Origin: Nanobdellota archaeon
GTDB taxonomy: Archaea; Nanobdellota; Nanobdellia; Pacearchaeales; GW2011-AR1
Assembly: GCA_038044405.1 (NCBI GenBank)
Contig: JBBTAC010000002.1
Coordinates: 58,547-122,546, forward strand
Direction of reading: 5' to 3'
DNA: 64,000 bases
Position numbers and translations under genes: made by a program. A model generated the notes under the pieces. The model was not told where the DNA came from. It searched no databases and saw nothing but the letters and a program-made list of their open reading frames with translations. Positions 1 through 8,285 of the stretch are shown piece by piece (within the stretch, counting starts at the first letter, position 1; every line of letters begins with the position of its first letter).

Positions 1-704
1 ACGCAGGAAAGTTAGAAGAAATAGAAGAGGGTTTTTCTTTTATATCTGATAAAACTATTTTGAAATTCTCAAAAGTGAAAAATGATGGCGAGATAAAAGT
101 TTTTTGTTCAGATATTTCTCCAACTCCAGAAGAAGAAGGCCACTTCGTAGCAGGTGAAGGCGGACCTTCAGAAATAATAGACGTAGAAAATTATGCCGTT
201 ATTTTTTCAGGAAAGATATCTTTGTTTAGAAAAAGCAGTTGTCAAAAACCCAATATAGCAATTCACGAAATACTTCATGCATTAGGTTTTGACCACAACA
301 ACAATCAAAGAAGCATTATGTACCCTATAACTGATTGCAGTCAAACATTGGATCAATATATCATAGACGAAATTAATAAACTTTACAGTATAAAAGAACT
401 GCCAGATTTGACAGTAGAAAGAATCTCTGCAGAAAAAAGCGGTGTTTATCTTAAATTCAAAATAACAATAGCAAATCTTGGATTGAAAGATTCTTCAAAT
501 TCAGTTTTAAGCATTTATGCAGGAGATGAATTAATAAAAGAATTTGATTTAGAATCATTTGATATAGGGGCCAGAAAGATACTGAGTGTAGACAACTTAA
601 GAGTATCAAGGAATTCTAATTCCATAACATTTGAGATTAAGTCCTCAGATAACGATTTGAATAAAGAAAACAATGTTGTCAATCTAGCATTATTAAATAA
701 TTAA
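1..704 (+). CDS. Metzincin-type zinc metalloprotease; the frame is open to the window start, so the gene is probably 5'-truncated here
   Basis: HEILHALGFDH matches the HExxHxxGxxH zinc-binding motif, followed by SIMYP as a Met-turn. There is no in-frame stop upstream of the TTG at 60. Confidence 0.5.
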   Translation, partial: AGKLEEIEEGFSFISDKTILKFSKVKNDGEIKVFCSDISPTPEEEGHFVAGEGGPSEIIDVENYAVIFSGKISLFRKSSCQKPNIAIHEILHALGFDHNNNQRSIMYPITDCSQTLDQYIIDEINKLYSIKELPDLTVERISAEKSGVYLKFKITIANLGLKDSSNSVLSIYAGDELIKEFDLESFDIGARKILSVDNLRVSRNSNSITFEIKSSDNDLNKENNVVNLALLNN

Positions 705-767
705 TAAATTATATAGCAACACCTTTAAATATATAATTCACCCTAATAATCTATCAAGAGGTAGAAA

Positions 768-1268
768 ATGTCAGAAAAAGATAGAATAATTGAAGAAAAG
801 ATTTCTCATTCTGGAATTTTTGATTTCAAGAGTTTTTATAGTTACGCTCACAGCTGGTTTAAAGACGAAAAATTTGGAGTTACAGAGGAAAAATATTCTG
901 AAAAAGTTTCAGGAAACTCAAGAGACATTACGATAGAATGGATGGCGACAAAAAAACTTTCAGATTATTTTAAAACAGAATTCAAAATAGAATTTAAGAT
1001 AGAAGGATTAACTGAAGTTGAAGTTGAAATAGATAAGCAAAGAAAAAAAATGAACAAAGGAAAAGTCGAAGTTAAAATATCAGGGGTCATGGTTAAAGAT
1101 CCAGATAGCAAATGGGACAAAACAGCATTTTATCGTTTTCTAAGAGACGTTTATAACAAATATGTTATTCCAGGAAGAGTTGAAAATATAGAAGGCATGA
1201 TAAGAAAGACAGTAGTCGACTTCAAGGAAGAAATTAAAGCATTTTTAGAGTTAAGTGGAAGGAGGTAA
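768..1268 (+). CDS. Hypothetical protein
   Basis: Clean 166-aa ORF with no motif I can name. Confidence 0.3.
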   Translation: MSEKDRIIEEKISHSGIFDFKSFYSYAHSWFKDEKFGVTEEKYSEKVSGNSRDITIEWMATKKLSDYFKTEFKIEFKIEGLTEVEVEIDKQRKKMNKGKVEVKISGVMVKDPDSKWDKTAFYRFLRDVYNKYVIPGRVENIEGMIRKTVVDFKEEIKAFLELSGRR

Positions 1269-1363
1269 TTTATTTATAAATACATCAAGAACTCAACTCC
1301 GGAATTTAGTCCTAGAGTTCTTGACACATAAATATTTATATAACTATTTTACAATATATCAGT

Positions 1364-2743
1364 ATGAAATTCAAATTTATCTCATTAACATTGCTTCTTC
1401 TTATGACATTGCCCCTTGTTGCAGCAGAGTTTAATCTAGAAATAGAAAAAATAGACAAGGGTTCAGTAGTAATAAAGGAATTGCGTAATCCCGCAATGTT
1501 TGATTTTATAATAAAGAATACAGGAGATTCTGAAAATGCCGAAATTTATAGTCTTGTTGGTGTTTCAATGGCGCCTAAAGGAACTTTCTTAATTCCAACA
1601 GGCAAGTCAACAACAATGGTAAGGGCATATCTAGGTGAAGAATTTCTAAAAAGAGAGGAGAGGTATTCTTTTGAATATCAAATCAAAGGTCAGACAAGCG
1701 GAATATTTAAGGATCAATTAAATGTTCAAGTAGTCGCATTAGCAGATGTTTTTGAAATCAGACCAGTTAATCTCCATCCGGATAACGAAATAGTAAATAT
1801 AGGGATAAAAAATAATGTAAATTCTTTAATAGAGAACGTAAAAATAACTCTTCATTCAGAGTTTTTTGAGGTAGATCAAGTAATTAGTTTCAAGCCATTT
1901 GAAAAAGTAGATATTCCTGTAAAAATAGATAAAACTAAAATAACAAAATTAAGAGCAGGACCATATCCAGTAAAAGCTGAAATTTCATTAGACAAGTTTT
2001 CAGTAGAAATTGAAGGAGCAATTAATTATCTTGAGAAAGAAGGTACATCCGTAACGAAGAATACAGACGGCCTTATAATAGAAAGGTCAACTGTAAAGGA
2101 AGTCAATGAAGGAAATGTACCTGTAACCTCGACTATAGAAATAAAAAAAGATATAGTTTCTAGATTATTTACAGCATATTCGACTCAGCCAATTTCATCA
2201 GATAGAAAAGGCCTATTTGTAGAGTACACTTGGAAAAAAGATCTTCCTCCAGGAGAGGCATTTAATGTAGTTGCGACGACAAATTACACATTTCCATTCC
2301 TTTTCGCAATATTTGTAGTAGCAATCGCATTATCTGTTTGGTTTTATTCTGTAACAGCAATAGGCTTACATAAAACAGTATCTTTCGTAAGAACAAAAGG
2401 GGGAGAATTCGCATTACGAGTTCGAGTACGCGTAAGAGCAAAGAAGCAAGTAACTAATGCCCATATAAGCGATCGCTTACCTCACATGACCAAGTTATAT
2501 GAAAAATTCGATCACAAGGCAGATAAAATAGATCATAGTACGGGAAGACTATCCTGGAGTATTAATCATCTCAACAAAGGAGAAGAAAGGACATTCTCCT
2601 ATATAGTGTACTCAAAAATGCAAACCGTTGGCCGATTTGAATTGCCTCAAGCAATGGCGACATTCGATCACGAAGGAAAGAGGCATGAAGTATCTTCAAA
2701 CAAAGCATTCTTCGTCTCAGAGATGCATTCGCAAGAAGCATAA
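1364..2743 (+). CDS. Hypothetical secreted or membrane-anchored protein
   Basis: N-terminal hydrophobic signal-like segment and an internal TM segment (FLFAIFVVAIALSVWFY). Confidence 0.35.
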   Translation: MKFKFISLTLLLLMTLPLVAAEFNLEIEKIDKGSVVIKELRNPAMFDFIIKNTGDSENAEIYSLVGVSMAPKGTFLIPTGKSTTMVRAYLGEEFLKREERYSFEYQIKGQTSGIFKDQLNVQVVALADVFEIRPVNLHPDNEIVNIGIKNNVNSLIENVKITLHSEFFEVDQVISFKPFEKVDIPVKIDKTKITKLRAGPYPVKAEISLDKFSVEIEGAINYLEKEGTSVTKNTDGLIIERSTVKEVNEGNVPVTSTIEIKKDIVSRLFTAYSTQPISSDRKGLFVEYTWKKDLPPGEAFNVVATTNYTFPFLFAIFVVAIALSVWFYSVTAIGLHKTVSFVRTKGGEFALRVRVRVRAKKQVTNAHISDRLPHMTKLYEKFDHKADKIDHSTGRLSWSINHLNKGEERTFSYIVYSKMQTVGRFELPQAMATFDHEGKRHEVSSNKAFFVSEMHSQEA

Positions 2744-2753
2744 AGCATAAAGT

Positions 2754-2761
2754 TTTAAATA
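2754..2761 (+). promoter_or_regulatory. Putative archaeal TATA box (TTTAAATA) about 26 nt upstream of tRNA-Tyr
   Basis: Match to the TTTAWATA consensus at the expected spacing. Confidence 0.3.
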
Positions 2762-2783
2762 CACTTTTTCACTAAAAGATTTA

Positions 2784-2930
2784 CCCCTCGTAGCTCAGCG
2801 GTTAGAGCGTCCGGCTGTAGAATAGCGCAGACATTCTCCTATAGGAGACCAGGATGAAGCGTAATCGGTAATATTGCGTTAGCAATAAGCAGACCCCGGG
2901 AGATCCCCAGTTCGATTCTGGGCGGGGGGA
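2784..2930 (+). tRNA. tRNA-Tyr(GTA) with a ~73-nt intron 3' of the anticodon
   Basis: Acceptor CCCCTCG/CGGGGGG with C1:G72 (the archaeal Tyr identity pair). D-arm GCTC/GAGC. Anticodon arm TCCGG-ctGTAg...CCGGG. T-arm CCCAG-TTCGATT-CTGGG. Confidence 0.7.
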
Positions 2931-3127
2931 TATTCATACTCCAAGAGAGTATGAAAGTTTCTTCCAGAAATCTAGTGTAATTCAATTAATTTTCCAAAAG
3001 TTTGATTCACTTCAACTTTTTGTGTCTGTAAAGTTGGAGTTACCGCGGAGCTTTGCTCTGCGAGTATGGGCGGGGGGATTTTTATTATTTTCAGCAAGGT
3101 TTTTAAATAGGCCATCTAACAAAAATT

Positions 3128-3541
3128 ATGGCATTAATCACATTGGAAACAAAAGCAATTGAATTTAATGAAAAGCAGAGAGAATTTATAGTTGTAGATA
3201 GAAATATAGGTTCTCCAGCACCAAAATATTTTATTTCATATAACAATGGATCTCCATTTATATCTGATGAAGTTCCTGAAGATTATAGAAAACCAATGGT
3301 ATTCCATGAATTAACAGAGTTCGAGTTACTTCAAAATAAAACTGACAAATGTCTTAATGCATTATTAGCAGAATTAAAAACTATTCCAAAAAACAAAAGA
3401 AAAGACTATTTTGAATTCAGAAGAGAAGTATTTGAAAATTTAATAAGTTTTTTAGAGGAATATCAATCCAATTCGTCTCTTATTCCAGAAGTAAGAAAGA
3501 GCCTAAATCACTTAAAGAATAATTTCCCAAGTTCGCATTAA
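3128..3541 (+). CDS. Hypothetical protein
   Basis: 137-aa ORF with no recognisable motif. Confidence 0.3.
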   Translation: MALITLETKAIEFNEKQREFIVVDRNIGSPAPKYFISYNNGSPFISDEVPEDYRKPMVFHELTEFELLQNKTDKCLNALLAELKTIPKNKRKDYFEFRREVFENLISFLEEYQSNSSLIPEVRKSLNHLKNNFPSSH

Positions 3542-3621
3542 ATCCACTCCAAAAACAATACAAAGATTTAAAAACGATCCTGTTTATTTTTTGTTGCAGA
3601 TTATTCTGCGCGAGGTAAAAA

Positions 3622-3786
3622 ATGAGAAAAAAACAAGAAGTTGAAGAAGATGAATTCGAGGATGAAGATTCTTCTGACGAAGAAGAAGAGGAAAAACCGT
3701 CTAAAGCAAAAGGAAAAGGAAAAGAAAAAAACGAAGAAGAAGATGAAGACGAAGAAGAAGACGAAGATTCCGAAGAAGATTTTTAA
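3622..3786 (+). CDS. Small, extremely acidic E/D-rich protein (54 aa), not in the ORF track
   Basis: Own translation: MRKKQEVEEDEFEDEDSSDEEEEEKPSKAKGKGKEKNEEEDEDEEEDEDSEEDF, sitting just upstream of the thermosome gene. Confidence 0.25.
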   Translation: MRKKQEVEEDEFEDEDSSDEEEEEKPSKAKGKGKEKNEEEDEDEEEDEDSEEDF

Positions 3787-3883
3787 TTAAAGTCTTAATT
3801 TTATGACTTTTACTTTTATTTTTTTATTTTTAATATTGTTCAAATACATATAACCTTAAAAATGTCTTAATGCCCTAAAGAAG

Positions 3884-5482
3884 ATGGCTGAAAAAAACCC
3901 ACTTTATATTCTTCCTGAAAATACTTCTAGAACTCTTGGAAGAGATGCACAGAGAAATAATATCCTTGCAGCAAAAGTAATAGCTGACATTGTTAAGACA
4001 ACTTTAGGTCCAAAAGGCATGGATAAAATGCTTGTAGATTCCTCAGGCAATATTATTATTACAAACGACGGAGTTACAATTCTTGAAGAAATGGAAATAG
4101 ATCATCCAGCTGCAAAGATGATGGTTGAAATTGCAAAAACGCAGGAAGCAGAAGTTGGAGACGGAACAACAACTGTCGCATTATTAGCTGGAAAATTATT
4201 AGAATATGCAGAAAGACTTCTAGATAGAAATTTGCATCCAACAATAATAGTAAAGGGTTACAGATTAGCAGCAGAAAAGGCAATTCAAATATTAAATGAA
4301 ATATCTGTTCAAATCCAAGAAAGAGAAATACTTGAGCAAATAGCCCAAACAGCAATGACTGGAAAGGGTGCAGAGGGAAATAAAGAAATGTTAGCAGAAA
4401 TTATAGTTAAGGCCGTAGAACAAATTGCATTGGGCAAGGAAATAAATATTCACGATATAAAAATAGAGAAAATTAAAGGAGATAGCATAAAAGAAAGCGA
4501 GTTAGTTCGAGGCATAGTGCTGGATAAAGAAAGAGCAAATTCAGATATGCCAAAAAGAATAGAAAATGCAAGAATTCTTCTTATAGACATACCCCTTGAG
4601 TTAAGAAATCCAGAAATCGAGGCAAAGATTTCTGTTTCAACTCCAGAACAACTTGAGAGTTTCGTACAATCAGAAGAAAGATATCTAAAAACTATGACCG
4701 ATAAAATAATTGCTTCTGGGGTGAATGTCATCTTCTGTCAAAAAGGAATAGATGATGTAGCCCAGTATTATTTAGCGAAAGCAAAGATTTTCGGATTGCG
4801 CAGAATTACAAGATCCGATATGGAAAAATTAGCAAGAGCAACAGGAGCAAAGATAGTATCGAATCTTTCAGATATAGATGAAAAAATATGGGGAAGAGCA
4901 GATATAGTTGAAGAGATAAAAAGAGGAGAAGATTCTGTAACTTACGTAAGAGGCTGTAGTAATCCTCGAGCATTAACAATTGTATTGCGCGGAAGTTCAA
5001 CACATGTTTTAGATGAAATTGAAAGGGCAGTTAAAGATGGTCTAGGTGATGTGGTTGCAGCTGTAAAAAGCGGTAAAATTGTTCCAGGCGGAGGCGCAAT
5101 AGAAATGGAAGTTTCACGAAGACTAAGAATTTACGCAAAAACTCTATCAGGTAGGGAACAGTTAGCAATAGATGAATTTGCAAATGCCTTAGAGTCTATT
5201 CCAGAGGCGTTAGCAGAAAATGCAGGACTTGACCCTATAGACATTTTGACAGAATTAAAAAAAAGACATGAAGCAGGACTTTACAATCATGGCTTAAATC
5301 TTTTTAAAAATGAAATTGAAGATACATTTAGTGCAGGCATAATAGAGCCTCTAAAGGTAAAAACGCAGGCAATTAATTCAGCATCAGAAGTTGCGACAAT
5401 GATACTTCGTATAGACGACGTTTTAATCAGCAGTTCTAAAAATAAAACAAATCAGATTAAGAATTACGAAGAAGACGACTAA
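3884..5482 (+). CDS. ths: Thermosome subunit (group II chaperonin, Cpn60/TCP-1 family)
   Basis: GPKGMDKML signature, GDGTTT ATP-binding motif, 532 aa. Confidence 0.9.
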   Translation: MAEKNPLYILPENTSRTLGRDAQRNNILAAKVIADIVKTTLGPKGMDKMLVDSSGNIIITNDGVTILEEMEIDHPAAKMMVEIAKTQEAEVGDGTTTVALLAGKLLEYAERLLDRNLHPTIIVKGYRLAAEKAIQILNEISVQIQEREILEQIAQTAMTGKGAEGNKEMLAEIIVKAVEQIALGKEINIHDIKIEKIKGDSIKESELVRGIVLDKERANSDMPKRIENARILLIDIPLELRNPEIEAKISVSTPEQLESFVQSEERYLKTMTDKIIASGVNVIFCQKGIDDVAQYYLAKAKIFGLRRITRSDMEKLARATGAKIVSNLSDIDEKIWGRADIVEEIKRGEDSVTYVRGCSNPRALTIVLRGSSTHVLDEIERAVKDGLGDVVAAVKSGKIVPGGGAIEMEVSRRLRIYAKTLSGREQLAIDEFANALESIPEALAENAGLDPIDILTELKKRHEAGLYNHGLNLFKNEIEDTFSAGIIEPLKVKTQAINSASEVATMILRIDDVLISSSKNKTNQIKNYEEDD

Positions 5483-5497
5483 TATCAATTAAAAACC

Positions 5498-5505
5498 TTT
5501 AAATA
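5498..5505 (+). promoter_or_regulatory. Putative TATA box (TTTAAATA) about 27 nt upstream of tRNA-Gly
   Basis: Consensus match and spacing. Confidence 0.3.
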
Positions 5506-5528
5506 ACTCTAATAAATTGTCTTATTAT

Positions 5529-5640
5529 GCGGTCATAGTTTAGTGGTAGAACGTGACATTGCCAATAGCAAGATGGAACATCTTGGAATGTTCGCTTACG
5601 CAAACATGTCATAGTGCGGGTTCGATTCCCGCTGACCGCA
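5529..5640 (+). tRNA. tRNA-Gly(GCC) with a ~41-nt intron
   Basis: Acceptor GCGGTCA/TGACCGC. Anticodon arm TGACA-ttGCCa[intron]a-TGTCA. T-arm GCGGG-TTCGATT-CCCGC. Confidence 0.65.
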
Positions 5641-5712
5641 TTTAGTCACATTTTTAAACATCTATATTTTTAAAATAAAAGGGTCGACATATAAAGGGAA
5701 GTTGACCCATAA

Positions 5713-5783
5713 GGCCTCGTAGTCTAGTGGCAAAACGGCTCGTTTACACCGAGCAGTCAGGAGTTCGATTCTCTTCGAGGCCA
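5713..5783 (+). tRNA. tRNA-Val(TAC)
   Basis: Acceptor GGCCTCG/CGAGGCC. Anticodon arm GCTCG-ttTACac-CGAGC. T-loop TTCGATT. Confidence 0.75.
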
Positions 5784-5793
5784 TAGTTAAACA

Positions 5794-6438
5794 ATGAAAA
5801 AAGAAACATTTCAGAAAAAAGGGTATTATCGATTGCTTCAAATAATCTTTTTGGGATTTTTCATATTCTTTATAATTGTAGGTATTCGAGGTATTTTTTA
5901 CGGAGAGGGTGAACCCTTTGTCGGGTTTATCTTTGCAAGCATTTTAGTTATCGTGTACTGGCTAATCATGAGAAGTAATGGTTTAATGGGCGGTTTCGTT
6001 TTTGGTGTGATATTTGGCCTTCTTTTATTATTTGCAATATCTAAACTTAATCCGGGAGACGAAATAGCTGGTATAGTGATATTCACCATATTAATAAGCG
6101 GATTATTTTTTGCTTTCATAGGATATTTAATTCAAAATAACTTTACAAAGAAGAAAATGAAAAAATACACATGGAGAAATTGCATAGAATATCTTAAAGA
6201 TAATCCTAACGGATATTGGTTTAAGAGAAAATTATATGGTTGGGGCTGGGTGCCCGTCAAGTTGCAAGGATGGCTTGTAGTTCTTTTAGCCATATCTATT
6301 TTCGTCGCTAGTATTTATGTCGGAGAAGTTGATGATGCTCCTGGTGCGGTATTGATGGGATTTTTGTTAATGCTTGCAATTATATTTTTCTTTTGTTATT
6401 GGAAAGGCGAGAAACCTAAATGGAGTTGGGGAAGATAG
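5794..6438 (+). CDS. Multi-pass membrane protein of unknown function
   Basis: Several hydrophobic helices. Its N-terminal ~60 aa resemble the ORF at 6567..6806 on the minus strand. Confidence 0.45.
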   Translation: MKKETFQKKGYYRLLQIIFLGFFIFFIIVGIRGIFYGEGEPFVGFIFASILVIVYWLIMRSNGLMGGFVFGVIFGLLLLFAISKLNPGDEIAGIVIFTILISGLFFAFIGYLIQNNFTKKKMKKYTWRNCIEYLKDNPNGYWFKRKLYGWGWVPVKLQGWLVVLLAISIFVASIYVGEVDDAPGAVLMGFLLMLAIIFFFCYWKGEKPKWSWGR

Positions 6439-6466
6439 ACAATCTTTAAGTTATTAGAACCTTTAG

Positions 6467-6566
6467 GATGTCTTCGTTTACACCGAGCAGTCAGGAGTTC
6501 GATTACTTCAAAATTTACATTTTGAATGTCCCAGAGATATTAATCTCTGAGCTCTTCGAGGCCATA
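6467..6566 (+). repeat. Partial direct duplicate of the tRNA-Val(TAC) 3' portion, interrupted by a 47-nt palindromic insertion
   Basis: 31 nt identical to 5740-5770 (anticodon stem through T-loop). The insert runs 6505-6551. Then 14 nt identical to the tRNA 3' end (ctcttcgaggccat). The 5' acceptor and D-arm are absent. Confidence 0.6.
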
Positions 6567-6806
6567 TTATCTTTTACGATTTTTTAAAGGTAGAAACCTA
6601 TCCTCAAACATAACATAATAAAATATTCTTTTGACAAGCCAGTATATAAGAATAAAAGCAATTATCCAAATGACTCCAATGAAAGGCATATCGTCTTCAT
6701 AAAAAACAGCCCAAATACTAAGAAGTATCAAGAATATGAGAGAGCTCCAAAATATCATTTGAACTAATAGAAAATACCATTTTTTATGAAATGTTTTCTT
6801 ATTCAT
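6567..6806 (-). CDS. Small membrane protein, paralog of the N-terminal part of 5794..6438
   Basis: MNKKTFHKKWYFLLVQMIFW... resembles MKKETFQKKGYYRLLQIIFLGFF..., with a similar downstream helix pattern. Confidence 0.35.
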   Translation of the reverse strand: MNKKTFHKKWYFLLVQMIFWSSLIFLILLSIWAVFYEDDMPFIGVIWIIAFILIYWLVKRIFYYVMFEDRFLPLKNRKR

Positions 6807-6909
6807 ATTATTCCAAATATTTTATATTTTAAATGTATTGCGATGCATTTCTAAGCCATAGCTAGAAACATCCAAAAGAATTATAAACTAATTTTAAATT
6901 ATCTTTATA

Positions 6910-7461
6910 ATGAGATTTTCAGTTCATTTAAATTTTTTCAAAAGAGTTTTCAGTAATGTTAAATACGTATTTATAGCAATTATAATCTCAATTTTATTTT
7001 ACAGTTTAAATGTTTTAATAGCAAATTATAAGACAATTATTGATTTCTATTTATCCTTAGGATTTTTTGGAACAATTAAGCTCTTTATTAATTTAGCCAT
7101 GGGTTTTTACAACTCAATTCTCTTATCCTCTTTTATCAGTTTAGTTGCAATAAGTATTCTATTAGGGATTTTATCAAGTCTAATCTTTTATAGAATAAAT
7201 ATATTAAAACAGGCAATGGGAAAGTCAAGTTTTCTTGCAACCCTAGGAACTTTCTTAGGGATTTTTGCACCAGGATGCGCTGCATGCGGATTAGGACTTG
7301 CATCAACGCTAGGCCTTAGTGCGGTATTTTTAGCATTTCTTCCATTAAAAGGATTAGAATTATCCTTTCTCGCGATTATAATTCTTACAATAGCAATATT
7401 TAAAACCTCTAATGATTCATGTAAAATAATGATTAAAAATAAAAATGAAAGGAGGTTATAA
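6910..7461 (+). CDS. Integral membrane protein with a paired-Cys motif (FAPGCAACGLGL). Possibly the membrane redox partner of the adjacent DsbA-like protein.
   Basis: Multiple TM helices. A CAAC motif sits in a hydrophobic context. Its stop overlaps the start of the next gene. Confidence 0.4.
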   Translation: MRFSVHLNFFKRVFSNVKYVFIAIIISILFYSLNVLIANYKTIIDFYLSLGFFGTIKLFINLAMGFYNSILLSSFISLVAISILLGILSSLIFYRINILKQAMGKSSFLATLGTFLGIFAPGCAACGLGLASTLGLSAVFLAFLPLKGLELSFLAIIILTIAIFKTSNDSCKIMIKNKNERRL

Positions 7462-8240
7462 TGAGCGAAAAAGAAGTACATAATACAGAAACAAAGCATG
7501 CAAATTCAGAAGTTATAACTATAAGCAAAAATAGTTTATGGAAATATTCAACTTTCCTTCTTGCAGCTATTTTAATAGTAGGCGCATTTGTATTCTTCAC
7601 TAAAGGAGATTCAAATTCACCAACAGGAAGAGTGATTGATAATTCTGGACAGCAATTGCCAGGTCAAAAAGCAGCAAGTGTAAGTATAGACGATGATGCA
7701 GTTTTAGGAGATAAAAATGCTCCAGTAGAGATCATAGAATTTTCAGACTATCAATGTCCTTTCTGTAGAAAATTTTGGACAGAAACATTTTCCCAAATCA
7801 AGAAAGATTATATTGATACAGGAAAAGTCAAATTTGTTTACAGAGATTTCCCGCTTGAAAGTATCCATCCAGCAGCATTACCTGCAGCTATAGCAGCAGA
7901 ATGTGCTAGAGAAAAGGGCGGAGACAAGGCCTATTTCGAGATGCATGATAAAATATTCAGTGAAGGCAATATTCTTGATAGCGGAACAGCTAATGGTCCA
8001 GTAACAAAAACAGCTCAATTCGGCAACGCTGAATTGAAAAAATGGGCTAAAGATTTAGGTTACGATATCTCTAGTTGTTTAGATAACAAGAAGTATGAGC
8101 AAGAAGTTAGTAAAGATATGGCAGACGGAAGCGCTGCAGGAGTTTCAGGAACACCAGCATTCTTCGTTAATGGCAAATTACTAAGCGGTGCGCAACCATA
8201 CTCGGCATTTAAGCAAGCAATTGAAGCAGAATTAGCATAA
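7461..8240 (+). CDS. DsbA-like thiol:disulfide oxidoreductase (thioredoxin fold), membrane-anchored
   Basis: N-terminal TM segment. DYQCPFCRKF gives a CPFC active site. Overall DsbA-family pattern. Confidence 0.65.
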   Translation: MSEKEVHNTETKHANSEVITISKNSLWKYSTFLLAAILIVGAFVFFTKGDSNSPTGRVIDNSGQQLPGQKAASVSIDDDAVLGDKNAPVEIIEFSDYQCPFCRKFWTETFSQIKKDYIDTGKVKFVYRDFPLESIHPAALPAAIAAECAREKGGDKAYFEMHDKIFSEGNILDSGTANGPVTKTAQFGNAELKKWAKDLGYDISSCLDNKKYEQEVSKDMADGSAAGVSGTPAFFVNGKLLSGAQPYSAFKQAIEAELA

Positions 8241-8285
8241 ATTTATTTTTTATTTTATTTTATTTTTATATTTTTAATTATTAAA

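Noticed and set aside
4074-5003. Three minus-strand ORFs (4074..4355, 4450..4731, 4806..5003) inside the thermosome gene
   Set aside because: They lie antisense within a high-confidence conserved CDS. They have leucine/phenylalanine-rich composition typical of the reverse frame of an AT-rich gene. They are spurious.
5784-6470. A complete integrated element between the tRNA-Val copies
   Set aside because: Only about 680 bp, containing one membrane-protein gene and no integrase, lie between the repeats. If this is an integration scar, the element is largely decayed or the partial tRNA has another origin. It is reported as a finding with alternatives rather than called a mobile element.
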